A stretch of DNA of 46,115 nt, from contig JBFWRP010000035.1 of NCBI GenBank assembly GCA_050248855.1, positions 1 to 46,115 on the forward strand. The letters run 5' to 3'. This stretch comes from Planctomycetota bacterium. Lineage in GTDB: Bacteria; Planctomycetota; PLA2; JAEUHO01. A program made the translations under genes and the position numbers. Below the pieces are notes generated by a model, which ran no database searches, had not been told where the DNA came from, and saw nothing but the letters and a program-made list of their open reading frames with translations. Shown here in pieces: positions 17,707 through 26,846 of the stretch. Each line of letters starts with the position of its first letter. Position 1 is the first letter of the stretch.

Positions 17707-19587
17707 GTGCCGTCCGACGACGTTCTGGGGGGCTGGAGTCCCGACTTGCTCGTCCTGCGCCTCACGTCCGGGTCCGAGAGCCGACAGGTACGCCTCGCCC
17801 GTGACGAGGTGACGTTCGGCTCGTCCCCCGTCGCCGACGTCACGCTGCAGGGCGTGGGCTGGGCCGACGAGGTGGCCCGGGCGCGGGTCGTCGACGGGCA
17901 CCTGCTGGTCGTGGCGGCGGGCGGGGCGCGCGGGCGCGTCCCCGCGGGCGGTCGCTTCACGCTGGGCCCGGTCCAGGTGGAGGTGTTGTCCCTCGGCGCC
18001 ACGGACCCCACGACCGGCATCGTGTTCGGCAGCTACGACGACGACCCCGTCACGACCGAGGCGCGCCCCGCCACATTCGCCCTGGAGCCGGATCCCGGCC
18101 CGCCGGTGCGCGAACCGGTGGCGCCCGCGGGCTGGCCGACCTGGCCACCCACGGGCCGTGCCGCCCGGCCGGCCGCGAGCGCCCCGCCCACCGCGGCAGC
18201 GGCCACGACGGCCGCAAGAGATGTCGCGCGCGACGTCGCGCGCGCGCAGGTCGACAGGCCGCCGCCCGAGCCACCGGTCGAGCCCCCGCGGGACCCGACG
18301 GCCGAGCGACCCGGTGCACGCAGCCACTCGCTCGTTGCCCCCACGTTTGCGGAGTCGCTCGTCACGAGCCTTCGGCGGGCGCCGTTCTTCGTGCTGTCGG
18401 CCGCGCTGCACGGTTTGGCCTTCCTGCTCGTGCTGATGCTCGTCGACACCACCGAGGACGACGCGCACAAGAGCGGGCTCGGCACGCTCGAAGCGGGCCT
18501 CGCGATGGACGATGACCTCGGCGAGCTCCCCGAGGAGGTCGACGTCGAGGACCTCGTCGAGGACCTCCCCGAGTGGAACGACACCTTCGCGCAGCTGCCC
18601 GAGCCGGTGATGGAGACGCCGCCCACCGAGTCGGCGCCAGAGAGCGATCCCCTCGCCCAGCTGGCGCGCGAGATCGAGAGCTCCGAGGTCAACCCCTCGG
18701 CGATCGGCGTCAACCCGACGTCGGACCTCTTCCGCCGACGGGCGCCGAAGCGCAACGTGCAGCGTACGCCCCCGACGCCCACGATCCAGGACAACGAGAT
18801 GTTGCAGCCGTTCGCTGGCGGCCACGCGGCCTCGGCGAACCGTCGCGCGGCCGACATCGTGCGCGACATGGTGGGACGCGGACGTCGGGGCTCCGGGGCC
18901 ACGCTCGACGACATCCGCGGCGACGACCTGCTGGTCGTCACGGGATCGTTCGACAAGGTGGGCCGCGTGCTCGAGTCGCTGCGCTTGCCGTTCAGGAAGA
19001 CGAACCCCTACGACATTCGCGAGCTGACCGATGCCGACTTCGCCAAGTTCAAGGTCGTCTTCTGGAACTGCGGCGACCCCTTGCCCCAGGAGGACATGGC
19101 GGCCGTCGCCAAGCGCCTCGAGACGTTCGTGCGCCAGGGGGGCTATCTCTTCACGACGGACTGGGCCATCCAGCATGTCGTGATGCTGGCGTTCCCGGGC
19201 TACCTCGCGACGTCCGGTCGGCACGTGGCGCTGCCCGAGACGATCGTCGACATCGAGCCCGCGCGCGGCAGTGCGGACCACCCCCTGCTCGACGGCGTGT
19301 TCCTCCCTGGCATCCGCGGCCGCTGGTGGCTCGAGGAGCTGGCCTTCGACGTGCGCATCGGGCCGCGCGGGCGTGGTCACGTCGAGCCTCTGATCTCGAG
19401 CGCGATGCTCCACGACACGATGGGGGTCAGCCCCTACGTCGCCGTGGTGTTCAAGTACGGGCGGGGTCGCGTGCTGCACGCGATGGGCCACTACTTCCAG
19501 GAAGCGGGCAACGTGGCGGGCGCGGTCGCCTCCCAGCGTCTCGCCCTCAACTTCGTCCTCGAGCGTGTCGGCCGCCGCGAACGGTAA
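17707..19587 (+). CDS. Single-pass membrane protein: FHA-like N-terminus, Pro-rich linker, TM, acidic stalk, GATase-like C-terminal domain
   Basis: VTFGSSPVADVTL; SAALHGLAFLL TM; FKVVFWNCG...LETFVRQGGYLFTTDW; YGRGRVLH. Confidence 0.75.
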   Translation: MPSDDVLGGWSPDLLVLRLTSGSESRQVRLARDEVTFGSSPVADVTLQGVGWADEVARARVVDGHLLVVAAGGARGRVPAGGRFTLGPVQVEVLSLGATDPTTGIVFGSYDDDPVTTEARPATFALEPDPGPPVREPVAPAGWPTWPPTGRAARPAASAPPTAAAATTAARDVARDVARAQVDRPPPEPPVEPPRDPTAERPGARSHSLVAPTFAESLVTSLRRAPFFVLSAALHGLAFLLVLMLVDTTEDDAHKSGLGTLEAGLAMDDDLGELPEEVDVEDLVEDLPEWNDTFAQLPEPVMETPPTESAPESDPLAQLAREIESSEVNPSAIGVNPTSDLFRRRAPKRNVQRTPPTPTIQDNEMLQPFAGGHAASANRRAADIVRDMVGRGRRGSGATLDDIRGDDLLVVTGSFDKVGRVLESLRLPFRKTNPYDIRELTDADFAKFKVVFWNCGDPLPQEDMAAVAKRLETFVRQGGYLFTTDWAIQHVVMLAFPGYLATSGRHVALPETIVDIEPARGSADHPLLDGVFLPGIRGRWWLEELAFDVRIGPRGRGHVEPLISSAMLHDTMGVSPYVAVVFKYGRGRVLHAMGHYFQEAGNVAGAVASQRLALNFVLERVGRRER

Positions 19588-19593
19588 GCGCCT

Positions 19594-19698
19594 CCGGATG
19601 TGTCCGATCCCTCGTTGCAAGGCGGCGTAGCTGCGACGTCAGACTCCCCACGTCCGTGTCGCTACGCTCCCAGACACGGGTCCAGACACCTCCGCGCG
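19594..19698. repeat. Short REP/MITE-like element
   Basis: Termini CCGGATGTGTC and CAGACACCTCCGCGCG are exact reverse complements of 12297-12307 and 11946-11961. Confidence 0.7.
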
Positions 19699-19699
19699 A

Positions 19700-20587
19700 C
19701 TACAGCATGTAGACGATCGCGCTGCCGACGTGGATGGCGAGCAGCAGCAGGTACATCGCGCGCCAGGCGGGATGCGCGGTGCCGCCGCGCGCGAGCGCAT
19801 CGGGATCGCGCAGCAAGCTGATGGCGGCCACGAGACCGAGGGCCACCAAGACGAGCGCCAGCACCACCCACGCGAGCAGCGGGGCGTGCAGCCAGCCAAG
19901 CCACGCGCCGAGCGGGAACAGGAGGAACGGCAGCACGAGGAACGGGGCCATCAGGCGCGCGGCGGGGCGTAGTCCCAGGACCACGGGCAGCGTGCGACAG
20001 CCGTGGGCCCGGTCGCCCTCGACGTCCGCGAAGTCCTTCGTGCCCGCCGCGCCCAGCACGAACAGGAACGCGATCGCACCGAGCGCCCACGGGTCGGACG
20101 CGTCAAACGGCGAGATCACGAGCGACCAGCCGGCGACCGGCACCAAGTAGCCGCGCGGGATCGCGATCGTGAGCAGCGCCCCCACGAGCGAGGCCTTCGT
20201 GCGCCAGGGCGGCGCGCTGTAGACCCACGTCGCCACGATGCCGATGGCGACGCACGCGCCGAAGGCAAGGCTGGCCAGGAAGGCCAGCGTCAGGGCCACG
20301 ACGGCCAATGCATGACCAAGCCGCAGGGCCGCGGCCACGCTGGCGCGCCCGGACGGCACGGGACGCTCGGGCTTGTTGACGGCGTCGATCTGCGCGTCGA
20401 ACGCCTGGTTCCAGGCGTTGCTTGCACCCGTTGCAGCGAGGGCGGCCAGGACGCCGAGGCCGACCCTCAACGGGTCGAGCGAGGCTCCGGTTGCGGCGGT
20501 GGCGGCCACGGCCCCCGCCAGCGACCCGACGGCGGGCGCGAGCAGCGTGAACGGACGAACGAGATCGAGGACCGTCCGCCCGTCCAC
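19700..20587 (-). CDS. UbiA-family prenyltransferase (DGGGP synthase/chlorophyll synthase-like)
   Basis: LVRPFT, NQAFDAQIDAVNKPERPVPSG, YSAPP and KDFADVEGD motifs. Confidence 0.9.
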   Translation of the reverse strand: MDGRTVLDLVRPFTLLAPAVGSLAGAVAATAATGASLDPLRVGLGVLAALAATGASNAWNQAFDAQIDAVNKPERPVPSGRASVAAALRLGHALAVVALTLAFLASLAFGACVAIGIVATWVYSAPPWRTKASLVGALLTIAIPRGYLVPVAGWSLVISPFDASDPWALGAIAFLFVLGAAGTKDFADVEGDRAHGCRTLPVVLGLRPAARLMAPFLVLPFLLFPLGAWLGWLHAPLLAWVVLALVLVALGLVAAISLLRDPDALARGGTAHPAWRAMYLLLLAIHVGSAIVYML

Positions 20588-20597
20588 GGCGTCCGCG

Positions 20598-21635
20598 TCA
20601 GACCTCCTTGACGCAGCGGAAGCCGATCGTCTCGAACTTGTCCTTGGGGGACGCGCCGAGGCGCACCGAGGCGTCCAGGAGGTCGGGGGGGTCGTTGTAG
20701 CAACCGCCCTTGATCACGTGGATCGTCTCCGACTCGTCCTCGTCCGTGGTCGCGGTCCATTCCCAGACGTTGCCGGCCAGGTCCGTGACGCCGTAGGGGC
20801 TGGAGCCCGCGCGCTCGTGCGCCGTCACGGGATCCGTTCCCCCCTTGAGCGGGTCGCGGCCGAAGCACGCGCGGTCGTCGTTGGCCGCGTCATCGCCCCA
20901 GGGGAAGCGCCGCCCGTCGATGCCGCGCAGCGCCTTCTCCCATTGCTCTTCGGTGGGCAGCTGCTTGCCGACCCAACGGCTGTACTTGAGCGCGTCGTTG
21001 ACGCTGACTCCGACCACCGGCGCGTCCGGGTCGCTGAAGTGCTCGCGGCCCCAATGCTTGGGGAAGCGGTAGCCGGTCGCCCGGCAGAACGCCTCGTACT
21101 GGCGGTTCGTGACGGGGTACTTGTCGATGTAGTAGGCGGGCAGCGTGCGCTGCTCCTTGGACGGACCGAAGAGGAACGTGCCCGCGGGGATGAGCATCAT
21201 CGTCCCGTGGTCCTCGACGGCCTCGACCGCGATGGGCGCGAACGTCGGCTCCGCGGGCGCAACCTCGTCGGCAGGCGTATCGACCTCGGCGGGCAGCCCC
21301 GGCTCGATCCCCTTCTGCGCGAAGAACTCGTCGAGGTCGAGCAGGCGGTCGTCGACGGCATCCCACTCGTCGCCGGTCAGTGCGCGGTGGTGATCCAGCC
21401 AGTACTTGGCGCGCGTGAAGTACTCGATCTGCCCGGCCTCGTCCTCTTGCTCGAAGCCGAGCTCGAATGCGAGGATGCCCAGGTACACGCACTCGGGGTC
21501 CTGGCGGTTCTCGGGGCGGGCGAACCAGCTCTCGAGCTCGGCCAAGATGGCGGCCTCGTCGAGCGGCTCGACGCGCAGGGCGTCCACGTACTTGGCGTAG
21601 ACGTACTCGTTGATGGCGCGGATCCGCTCGTTCAC
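20598..21635 (-). CDS. FGE-sulfatase (SUMF1/EgtB) domain protein with N-terminal helical domain
   Basis: IPAGTFLFG, YPVTNRQY, LPTEEQWEKA, DLAGNVWEW and IGFRC motifs. Confidence 0.9.
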   Translation of the reverse strand: MNERIRAINEYVYAKYVDALRVEPLDEAAILAELESWFARPENRQDPECVYLGILAFELGFEQEDEAGQIEYFTRAKYWLDHHRALTGDEWDAVDDRLLDLDEFFAQKGIEPGLPAEVDTPADEVAPAEPTFAPIAVEAVEDHGTMMLIPAGTFLFGPSKEQRTLPAYYIDKYPVTNRQYEAFCRATGYRFPKHWGREHFSDPDAPVVGVSVNDALKYSRWVGKQLPTEEQWEKALRGIDGRRFPWGDDAANDDRACFGRDPLKGGTDPVTAHERAGSSPYGVTDLAGNVWEWTATTDEDESETIHVIKGGCYNDPPDLLDASVRLGASPKDKFETIGFRCVKEV

Positions 21636-22113
21636 GAGCCTGGCTCCTCGGGGCCCCCCGGTTTGCAGGGCCGAACGCGACAACCTACCCCGTGGCCGCG
21701 CCACGTCCCTGTATTGGGCCGCGCGCGTCGAGCCCCGGAGCTGCGGATCGAGCGGAACCTGGCCGCCCCGCCGCACGCTGCGCACGATCGGGCGAGTCCG
21801 TGTCCCCTGCAGGGGACGACCGCCGGCCCCGAGCGCGCGCGGGGCCGGCGCGGAAGCCGGGCCCGGTACCGCGCAATACGCGCAAGTGCTTTATTTGCAG
21901 CAGGTTAGGAAGTCGCGCCGGAGGGAGGCCGGCAAATCCGGTCAGTGCGGGGTTTTTGCGGTGCCGTTGGCCCGCAAATCGCGTCTGAACGGGTGAGGAC
22001 CGCGAGTCCGCCCGGTTTGCCGAAAAGAAAGGAAGCAAATACCCGCTCGCGGGACCTGGCCCTGACAGGGCCTTGCCGAGTGGCGAGGCGCCGACGGGGC
22101 GAAGGAGCGAGTC

Positions 22114-22539
22114 ATGCGTGGCAAGATCTTCACCTCCGAAGAGGCCAACCGGATGCTGCCCCTCGTGGCACGGATCGCGGACGACATCGTCCGGACGTAC
22201 CGCCAGGTCCACGACGCCCTGCGCCAGCTGGACGCTTCCAAGCAGGCGGCCTCCGAGGCCCATGGGGCCGAGGCCATCCGCCTCGAGAGCGAGATCCGGG
22301 CGCATGACGCGCGGGTTGCCGAGCTCCTGGACCGCTTCCAGGGGCTGATCGAGGAGATCGAAGCCCTCGGCGGCACCGTCAAGGACTACGAGCGCGGGGC
22401 CGTGGACTTCTACGGCGAGCTGGACGGCGAGATCGTCTACCTCTCCTGGAGCCCGGGGGACGAGCAGATCGCCTTCTGGCACCCTCTGGAAGACGGCGCG
22501 GAAGAGCGCCGGCCGCTCCCCACCACGATCACCCTCTAG
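22114..22539 (+). CDS. DUF2203 family protein
   Basis: FTSEEANRMLPLV...VKDYERGAVDF...VYLSW..G..IAFWH motifs; AAGGAG RBS. Confidence 0.88.
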   Translation: MRGKIFTSEEANRMLPLVARIADDIVRTYRQVHDALRQLDASKQAASEAHGAEAIRLESEIRAHDARVAELLDRFQGLIEEIEALGGTVKDYERGAVDFYGELDGEIVYLSWSPGDEQIAFWHPLEDGAEERRPLPTTITL

Positions 22540-22717
22540 CGGCAGCACGCTGCCGATCCACCCCCCGGCTGCGGGGAGACCCCATGACGGTCCGTCTCCC
22601 CGCGCCCCCGCCGCCGCGTGACTGCTATCTTGCGCGGCTCGCCTGACCTCCGGGGTCGAGGCGTGGCAAGGCGGATCCGGGCCCTCCCATGGCGTCGGGA
22701 ACGCCGCGGGAGATGCC

Positions 22718-23965
22718 ATGGACGAGCTCTTCAGCCCCGAGTCGCTGGTCTGGCGCGACAAGGCCCGTGAAGTTGCCGACAAGGTCGTCCGACCGAAGGC
22801 CGCGCACTACGACCGCATCCAGGAGTACCCCTGGGAGATCCGCGACGCGCTGGCCGAGGCCGGCCTCTTCGGCGTGTGGATCCCCAAGGAGTTCGGCGGC
22901 CACGGCGGCGGCGTGCTCGAGCTGTGCCTCGTCGTCGAGGAGCTTTCGCGCGCCTGCGGCGGCATCGGCGTGCTCTTCGCCGTCAACGCCCTCGGCTCGT
23001 TCCCGATCCTTCTCGCCGGCACCGACGAGCAGAAGAAGCGCTACCTGCCGGACATCGCCTCGGGCAAGCGCCTGATCGCGTTCGGTCTGTCCGAGCGCGG
23101 CGCCGGCAGTGACGCCAGCGGTCTCGCCACGCGCGCCGTCGAGGACGGCGATCACTACGTGCTCGACGGCTCCAAGAAGTGGACGACCAACGGCGGCGCC
23201 GCGGACATCTACAGCATCTTCGCCGTCACCGACCCGAGCAGTGCGAGCCGTCGCATTTCCGCCATCATCGTGGAGAAGGGCGATCCCGGTTTCGAGATCG
23301 GACGTGCCGAAGACAAGATGGGCATCCGCGCCGTGCCGGTCGTGGAGCTTCACTTCCACGGGTGCCGCGTGCCCAAGGACCGCTTGCTCGGTGGACGCGC
23401 CGGCATGGGCTTCAAGCACGCCATGATGACGCTGGACCGCGCCCGCCCCGGCGTGGCGGCGCAGGCCGCCGGGCTCGCCCGCGGTGCGCTCGAGCTGGCC
23501 ACGGTCTATGCCATGAAGCGCCACCAGTTCGGCCAGTCCATCGCCAACTTCCAGATGATCCAGCAGCTGCTGGCGGACATGGCCACGCAGGTCGAGGCCG
23601 CGCGCCAGCTGGTCTACGCCTCGGCTCGCGCCTGCGACCTCGGCGTGCCGGCGCTCACCAAGATGGCCGCCATGGCCAAGCTCTTCGCCACCGACGCCGC
23701 CATGCGCGTCACCACCGATGCCGTCCAGGTCTTCGGCGGCTACGGGTACATGCGCGACTACCCCATCGAGAAGTTCATGCGTGACGCGAAGATCACGCAG
23801 ATCTACGAAGGCACGAACCAGGTGCAGCGCCTGGTCGTGGCCCGCAACCTCATGAAGGAAGCGTCCAGCCTCGCTGATCTCGAGGCCTACATGCCGCTTC
23901 CGGACCATCCGAACACCTTGCTCGATCAGGAGCGCGCGGCCGCTGCGGCCGCGAACCCCGCCTGA
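22718..23965 (+). CDS. Acyl-CoA dehydrogenase
   Basis: FGLSERGAGSD, GSKKWTTNG, EDKMGIR, QVFGGYGY and IYEGTNQVQR motifs. Confidence 0.96.
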   Translation: MDELFSPESLVWRDKAREVADKVVRPKAAHYDRIQEYPWEIRDALAEAGLFGVWIPKEFGGHGGGVLELCLVVEELSRACGGIGVLFAVNALGSFPILLAGTDEQKKRYLPDIASGKRLIAFGLSERGAGSDASGLATRAVEDGDHYVLDGSKKWTTNGGAADIYSIFAVTDPSSASRRISAIIVEKGDPGFEIGRAEDKMGIRAVPVVELHFHGCRVPKDRLLGGRAGMGFKHAMMTLDRARPGVAAQAAGLARGALELATVYAMKRHQFGQSIANFQMIQQLLADMATQVEAARQLVYASARACDLGVPALTKMAAMAKLFATDAAMRVTTDAVQVFGGYGYMRDYPIEKFMRDAKITQIYEGTNQVQRLVVARNLMKEASSLADLEAYMPLPDHPNTLLDQERAAAAAANPA

Positions 23966-23981
23966 TCCGGAACGAGACCCC

Positions 23982-25439
23982 ATGAACTCGACCATCGTCG
24001 ACCCGGCGACGTCCGATCGCGACCGCCGTCACGAGCAGATCGCCAAGTGGATCCGCATCGGCATCATCGCCGCGATCGCGCTCCTCATCCTCTGGCTCGT
24101 ACTGGCCATCGTGAACGACGGCAAGGAAGCCGCCGTCAAGGAGTCGTGGGACCAGCTGTCCCAGCTCCGCACCGACCTCGAGCCCGAGCGCGACGACTTC
24201 TGGTTCGGCCTGCGTGGCACGGCTGACGCCACGCGCCAACGCTACATCGGTGCGCTGCAGAAGTTCATCGAGCACAAGCAGGGCGAAGTCGGTCCGGCGC
24301 TCGAGGGTCAAGCCCGCTGGCATCTGGCGCGCGCCCTGACCAACCACCTGCTCGGCAGCCCGCAGCTTATCGATCGTGCCAAGCGCGACGAGTACTACAA
24401 GCGCGCCCTGGCGGAGCTGCAGTACATCAACGCGAGCCTCCCGGAGTACCCGCTCAACGACCCGCGCTGGAACATCGCGGAGCCCACGAAGCTCACGCTG
24501 ACGCGCCAGTTCATGCAGTTCCTGGAGCGCAATCGGGCGTGGGAGTCCGAGCACCTGCCGCAGGCCAAGCAGCCCGACGGCGACACCACGATCGTGTTCC
24601 GGACCATGCGCGGCGACGTGCGCATCAAGCTCTACGCTTCGGACGCCCCGACGGCGTCCGAAGCGTTGACGGCCCGTGTGGTGGCGGGTGGCTACGACGG
24701 CGTCAGCTTCTTCCAGCGCGAGGGCAACGCCACGGAGAAGGAGCTCTCTGCGACGTGGGTGCGCCTGGGCCACTCCGACGTGCTCGATCCCAAGCCCTAC
24801 GACCGGGACGGCCAGCTTCCGCTCGGCGAGGAAGTGACGCGCCGCGGGCGCGTCTACGACGAAAGCCGCAACAGGATCCTGCACGAACGCGGCGTCGTCT
24901 CGGCCTGGCACGACGGGGCCACCGAGTACGACGACCCCGAGGACCTCGTGTTCCTGACGCGCCGCTCGCCCGACATGGACTACGAGTACACGCCCGTCGG
25001 TCGCGTCATCGACGACGCGTCGCTGGCGGTGCTCGACGCCATCTTCGGGTCGGCAACGTGGAGCGAGGACGCCGAGACGAGGAACGCCGAGGGCGCCAAG
25101 TACGCCAACCTTCTCGAGGTGTTCCAGGTCCCCGTCGTCGTGGTGAAGGCCTTGGCCTACGACGCAAGCGGCAAGCTCCTGACCCCGGCGGTGGGCAAGG
25201 CCCTCCCGTCGCTCGTGGCCCCCACCACCGCGGAGGGGTCGCTGGCGACGCTGGACGCGGATGCCTACAAGGTCGATGTGCCGAAGCGCCCGCTCGTCGA
25301 GGTCCCCCCCGACGAGGGTGGTGACGACGGCGACGCCGACGCCGACGGAGGCGACAAGCCCGCCGAGGGCGCCGACGGGGACGGCGACGCGGACGAGGGG
25401 CCGAAGGATGACGGCCAGCCCGAGGACGCGGGCAACTAG
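23982..25439 (+). CDS. Membrane-anchored protein with degenerate cyclophilin-like domain
   Basis: N-terminal TM; TMRGDVRIKLYASDAP...GGYDGVSF, HERGVVSA and YTPVGRVI motifs; acidic tail. Confidence 0.75.
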   Translation: MNSTIVDPATSDRDRRHEQIAKWIRIGIIAAIALLILWLVLAIVNDGKEAAVKESWDQLSQLRTDLEPERDDFWFGLRGTADATRQRYIGALQKFIEHKQGEVGPALEGQARWHLARALTNHLLGSPQLIDRAKRDEYYKRALAELQYINASLPEYPLNDPRWNIAEPTKLTLTRQFMQFLERNRAWESEHLPQAKQPDGDTTIVFRTMRGDVRIKLYASDAPTASEALTARVVAGGYDGVSFFQREGNATEKELSATWVRLGHSDVLDPKPYDRDGQLPLGEEVTRRGRVYDESRNRILHERGVVSAWHDGATEYDDPEDLVFLTRRSPDMDYEYTPVGRVIDDASLAVLDAIFGSATWSEDAETRNAEGAKYANLLEVFQVPVVVVKALAYDASGKLLTPAVGKALPSLVAPTTAEGSLATLDADAYKVDVPKRPLVEVPPDEGGDDGDADADGGDKPAEGADGDGDADEGPKDDGQPEDAGN

Positions 25440-25713
25440 GGCCTGTCCGAAGGCACCTCCGGCTGGGGCCACCGCGCCTCTCGCTGCGCCCCGACCGAGC
25501 ACACATCCGGGTCCTTGACGCTCAGGAGACGGCCTCCGGCCAGGGTTCTCGTCGTGCCCATGGCTCGCTTCGGCCCGCCGCCCCCACGACGGCGGGACTG
25601 CCTACGACCCCTGGCCGCGCAGGCCACTTCCTGCGCGCGAGGGCGTGTCGGGCGGCTCCTTGCATCATGCATGGACCATCCGCCGCTGCTGCGGGCGCCG
25701 GCAGGCTCGCCCG

Positions 25714-26646
25714 CTATGCGCCGAAGGCCTCGAGCAGACGGTCCAGGTCGCGTGCGTCGTGGTACGTGAGCTCGATCGTTCCTCCGCTGCCCTTCGGCAG
25801 GATGCGGACTTTCGTCCCTAGCGCTTGACGAACACGGTCCACCACATCCGCCAGGTAGGGGTTCTCGGTCGCCGCGGGCTTTGCGCGCGCCGGACCCTGG
25901 CCACCAGCGTCCCCCGCCGTGCGCTGCTCGATCTCGCGCACGGACCACCCGCCCTGGACGGCCTCCTTGGCGAGGCGCAGACGCCGGTCAGGAGTCTTCG
26001 CGCGCAGGAGCGCGCGAGCGTGCGCGCCGGACAGCGCACCCGCCTCGACCATCGTCTGCACCTCGTCAGGGAGCTCGAGCAACCTCAAGAGGTTGGCGAT
26101 GGTGGCCCGGGCCTTGCCGACCCGCTCGGCCACCGCCTCCTGCGTCATGTCCAGATTGCGCATCATCGCCCGCAGCGCGCGGGCCTTCTCGATCGCGTTC
26201 AGGTCCTCGCGCTGCAGGTTCTCGACGAGGGCGAGAGTCTGCATCTCGGCGTCGCTGGCCGGGCGGACCACGGCGGGCAGCGTTGCGAGACCTGCGAGGC
26301 CTGCGGCCCGCCAGCGGCGCTCGCCAGCGATCAGCTCGTAGCCCCGCACGCCGCGCCGGACCACGACGGGCTGCAGCACGCCGTGCTCACGGATCGAAGC
26401 CGCCAGCTCCTGGAGCGCCTCATCATCGAAGACCTCCCGCGGCTGGAAGGGGTTCGGGACGATCTCGCCGATCGGGATCGCAGCTGGTGCACCCGACGGC
26501 GCCGGAGCAACGGCGGGCGCCGGCGAGCCTGCGGGCTTGGAAGGCGCCACGGTGCCGCGCGGCGGGGGCGTGAGCTCCTCTGTGGCATTGTCGTCAGTCG
26601 TCTTGATCAGGCCGCTCAGTCCGCGGCCCAGGCGCTTGGGCTTCAT
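25714..26646 (-). CDS. parB: Chromosome partitioning protein ParB/Spo0J
   Basis: LGRGL, PNPFQPR, GVLQP, IAGERRWRAA and ENLQREDL motifs, plus HTH with ANLLRLL. Confidence 0.97.
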   Translation of the reverse strand: MKPKRLGRGLSGLIKTTDDNATEELTPPPRGTVAPSKPAGSPAPAVAPAPSGAPAAIPIGEIVPNPFQPREVFDDEALQELAASIREHGVLQPVVVRRGVRGYELIAGERRWRAAGLAGLATLPAVVRPASDAEMQTLALVENLQREDLNAIEKARALRAMMRNLDMTQEAVAERVGKARATIANLLRLLELPDEVQTMVEAGALSGAHARALLRAKTPDRRLRLAKEAVQGGWSVREIEQRTAGDAGGQGPARAKPAATENPYLADVVDRVRQALGTKVRILPKGSGGTIELTYHDARDLDRLLEAFGA

Positions 26647-26748
26647 GCATCGCTCCCAGGGTCTCGGTTCCCACGGTAGCCAGGGGGCGGGACACTCCCG
26701 CAAGGGGTGCGATCGGCTGGCCCCGGCCCGAGGTCGATGCCGGGCCAG

Positions 26749-26764
26749 CGTTTCCCGGGAAACA
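26749..26764. promoter_or_regulatory. parS site
   Basis: CGTTTCCCGGGAAACA palindrome upstream of parB. Confidence 0.85.
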
Positions 26765-26789
26765 TTGCTGGGTCCGCGGCTCCCCCAGC

Positions 26790-26805
26790 TGTTTCCCGGG
26801 AAACA
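26790..26805. promoter_or_regulatory. parS site
   Basis: Perfect palindrome TGTTTCCCGGGAAACA (canonical is TGTTTCACGTGAAACA). Confidence 0.88.
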
Positions 26806-26846
26806 TGTCGCATCGACCACGCCCCGGGCGGTGTAGGACAGTCGCC

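Noticed and set aside
21930..22085. c-di-GMP-I riboswitch
   Set aside because: GGCAAA and TTGCCG fragments are present, but the GNRA-capped stem and the GACGCAAAGC junction are not.
25436..25713. IS-derived MITE at CTAG after the cyclophilin-like gene
   Set aside because: CTAGGGCCTGTCC only weakly resembles the IS terminus and has no clear partner end.
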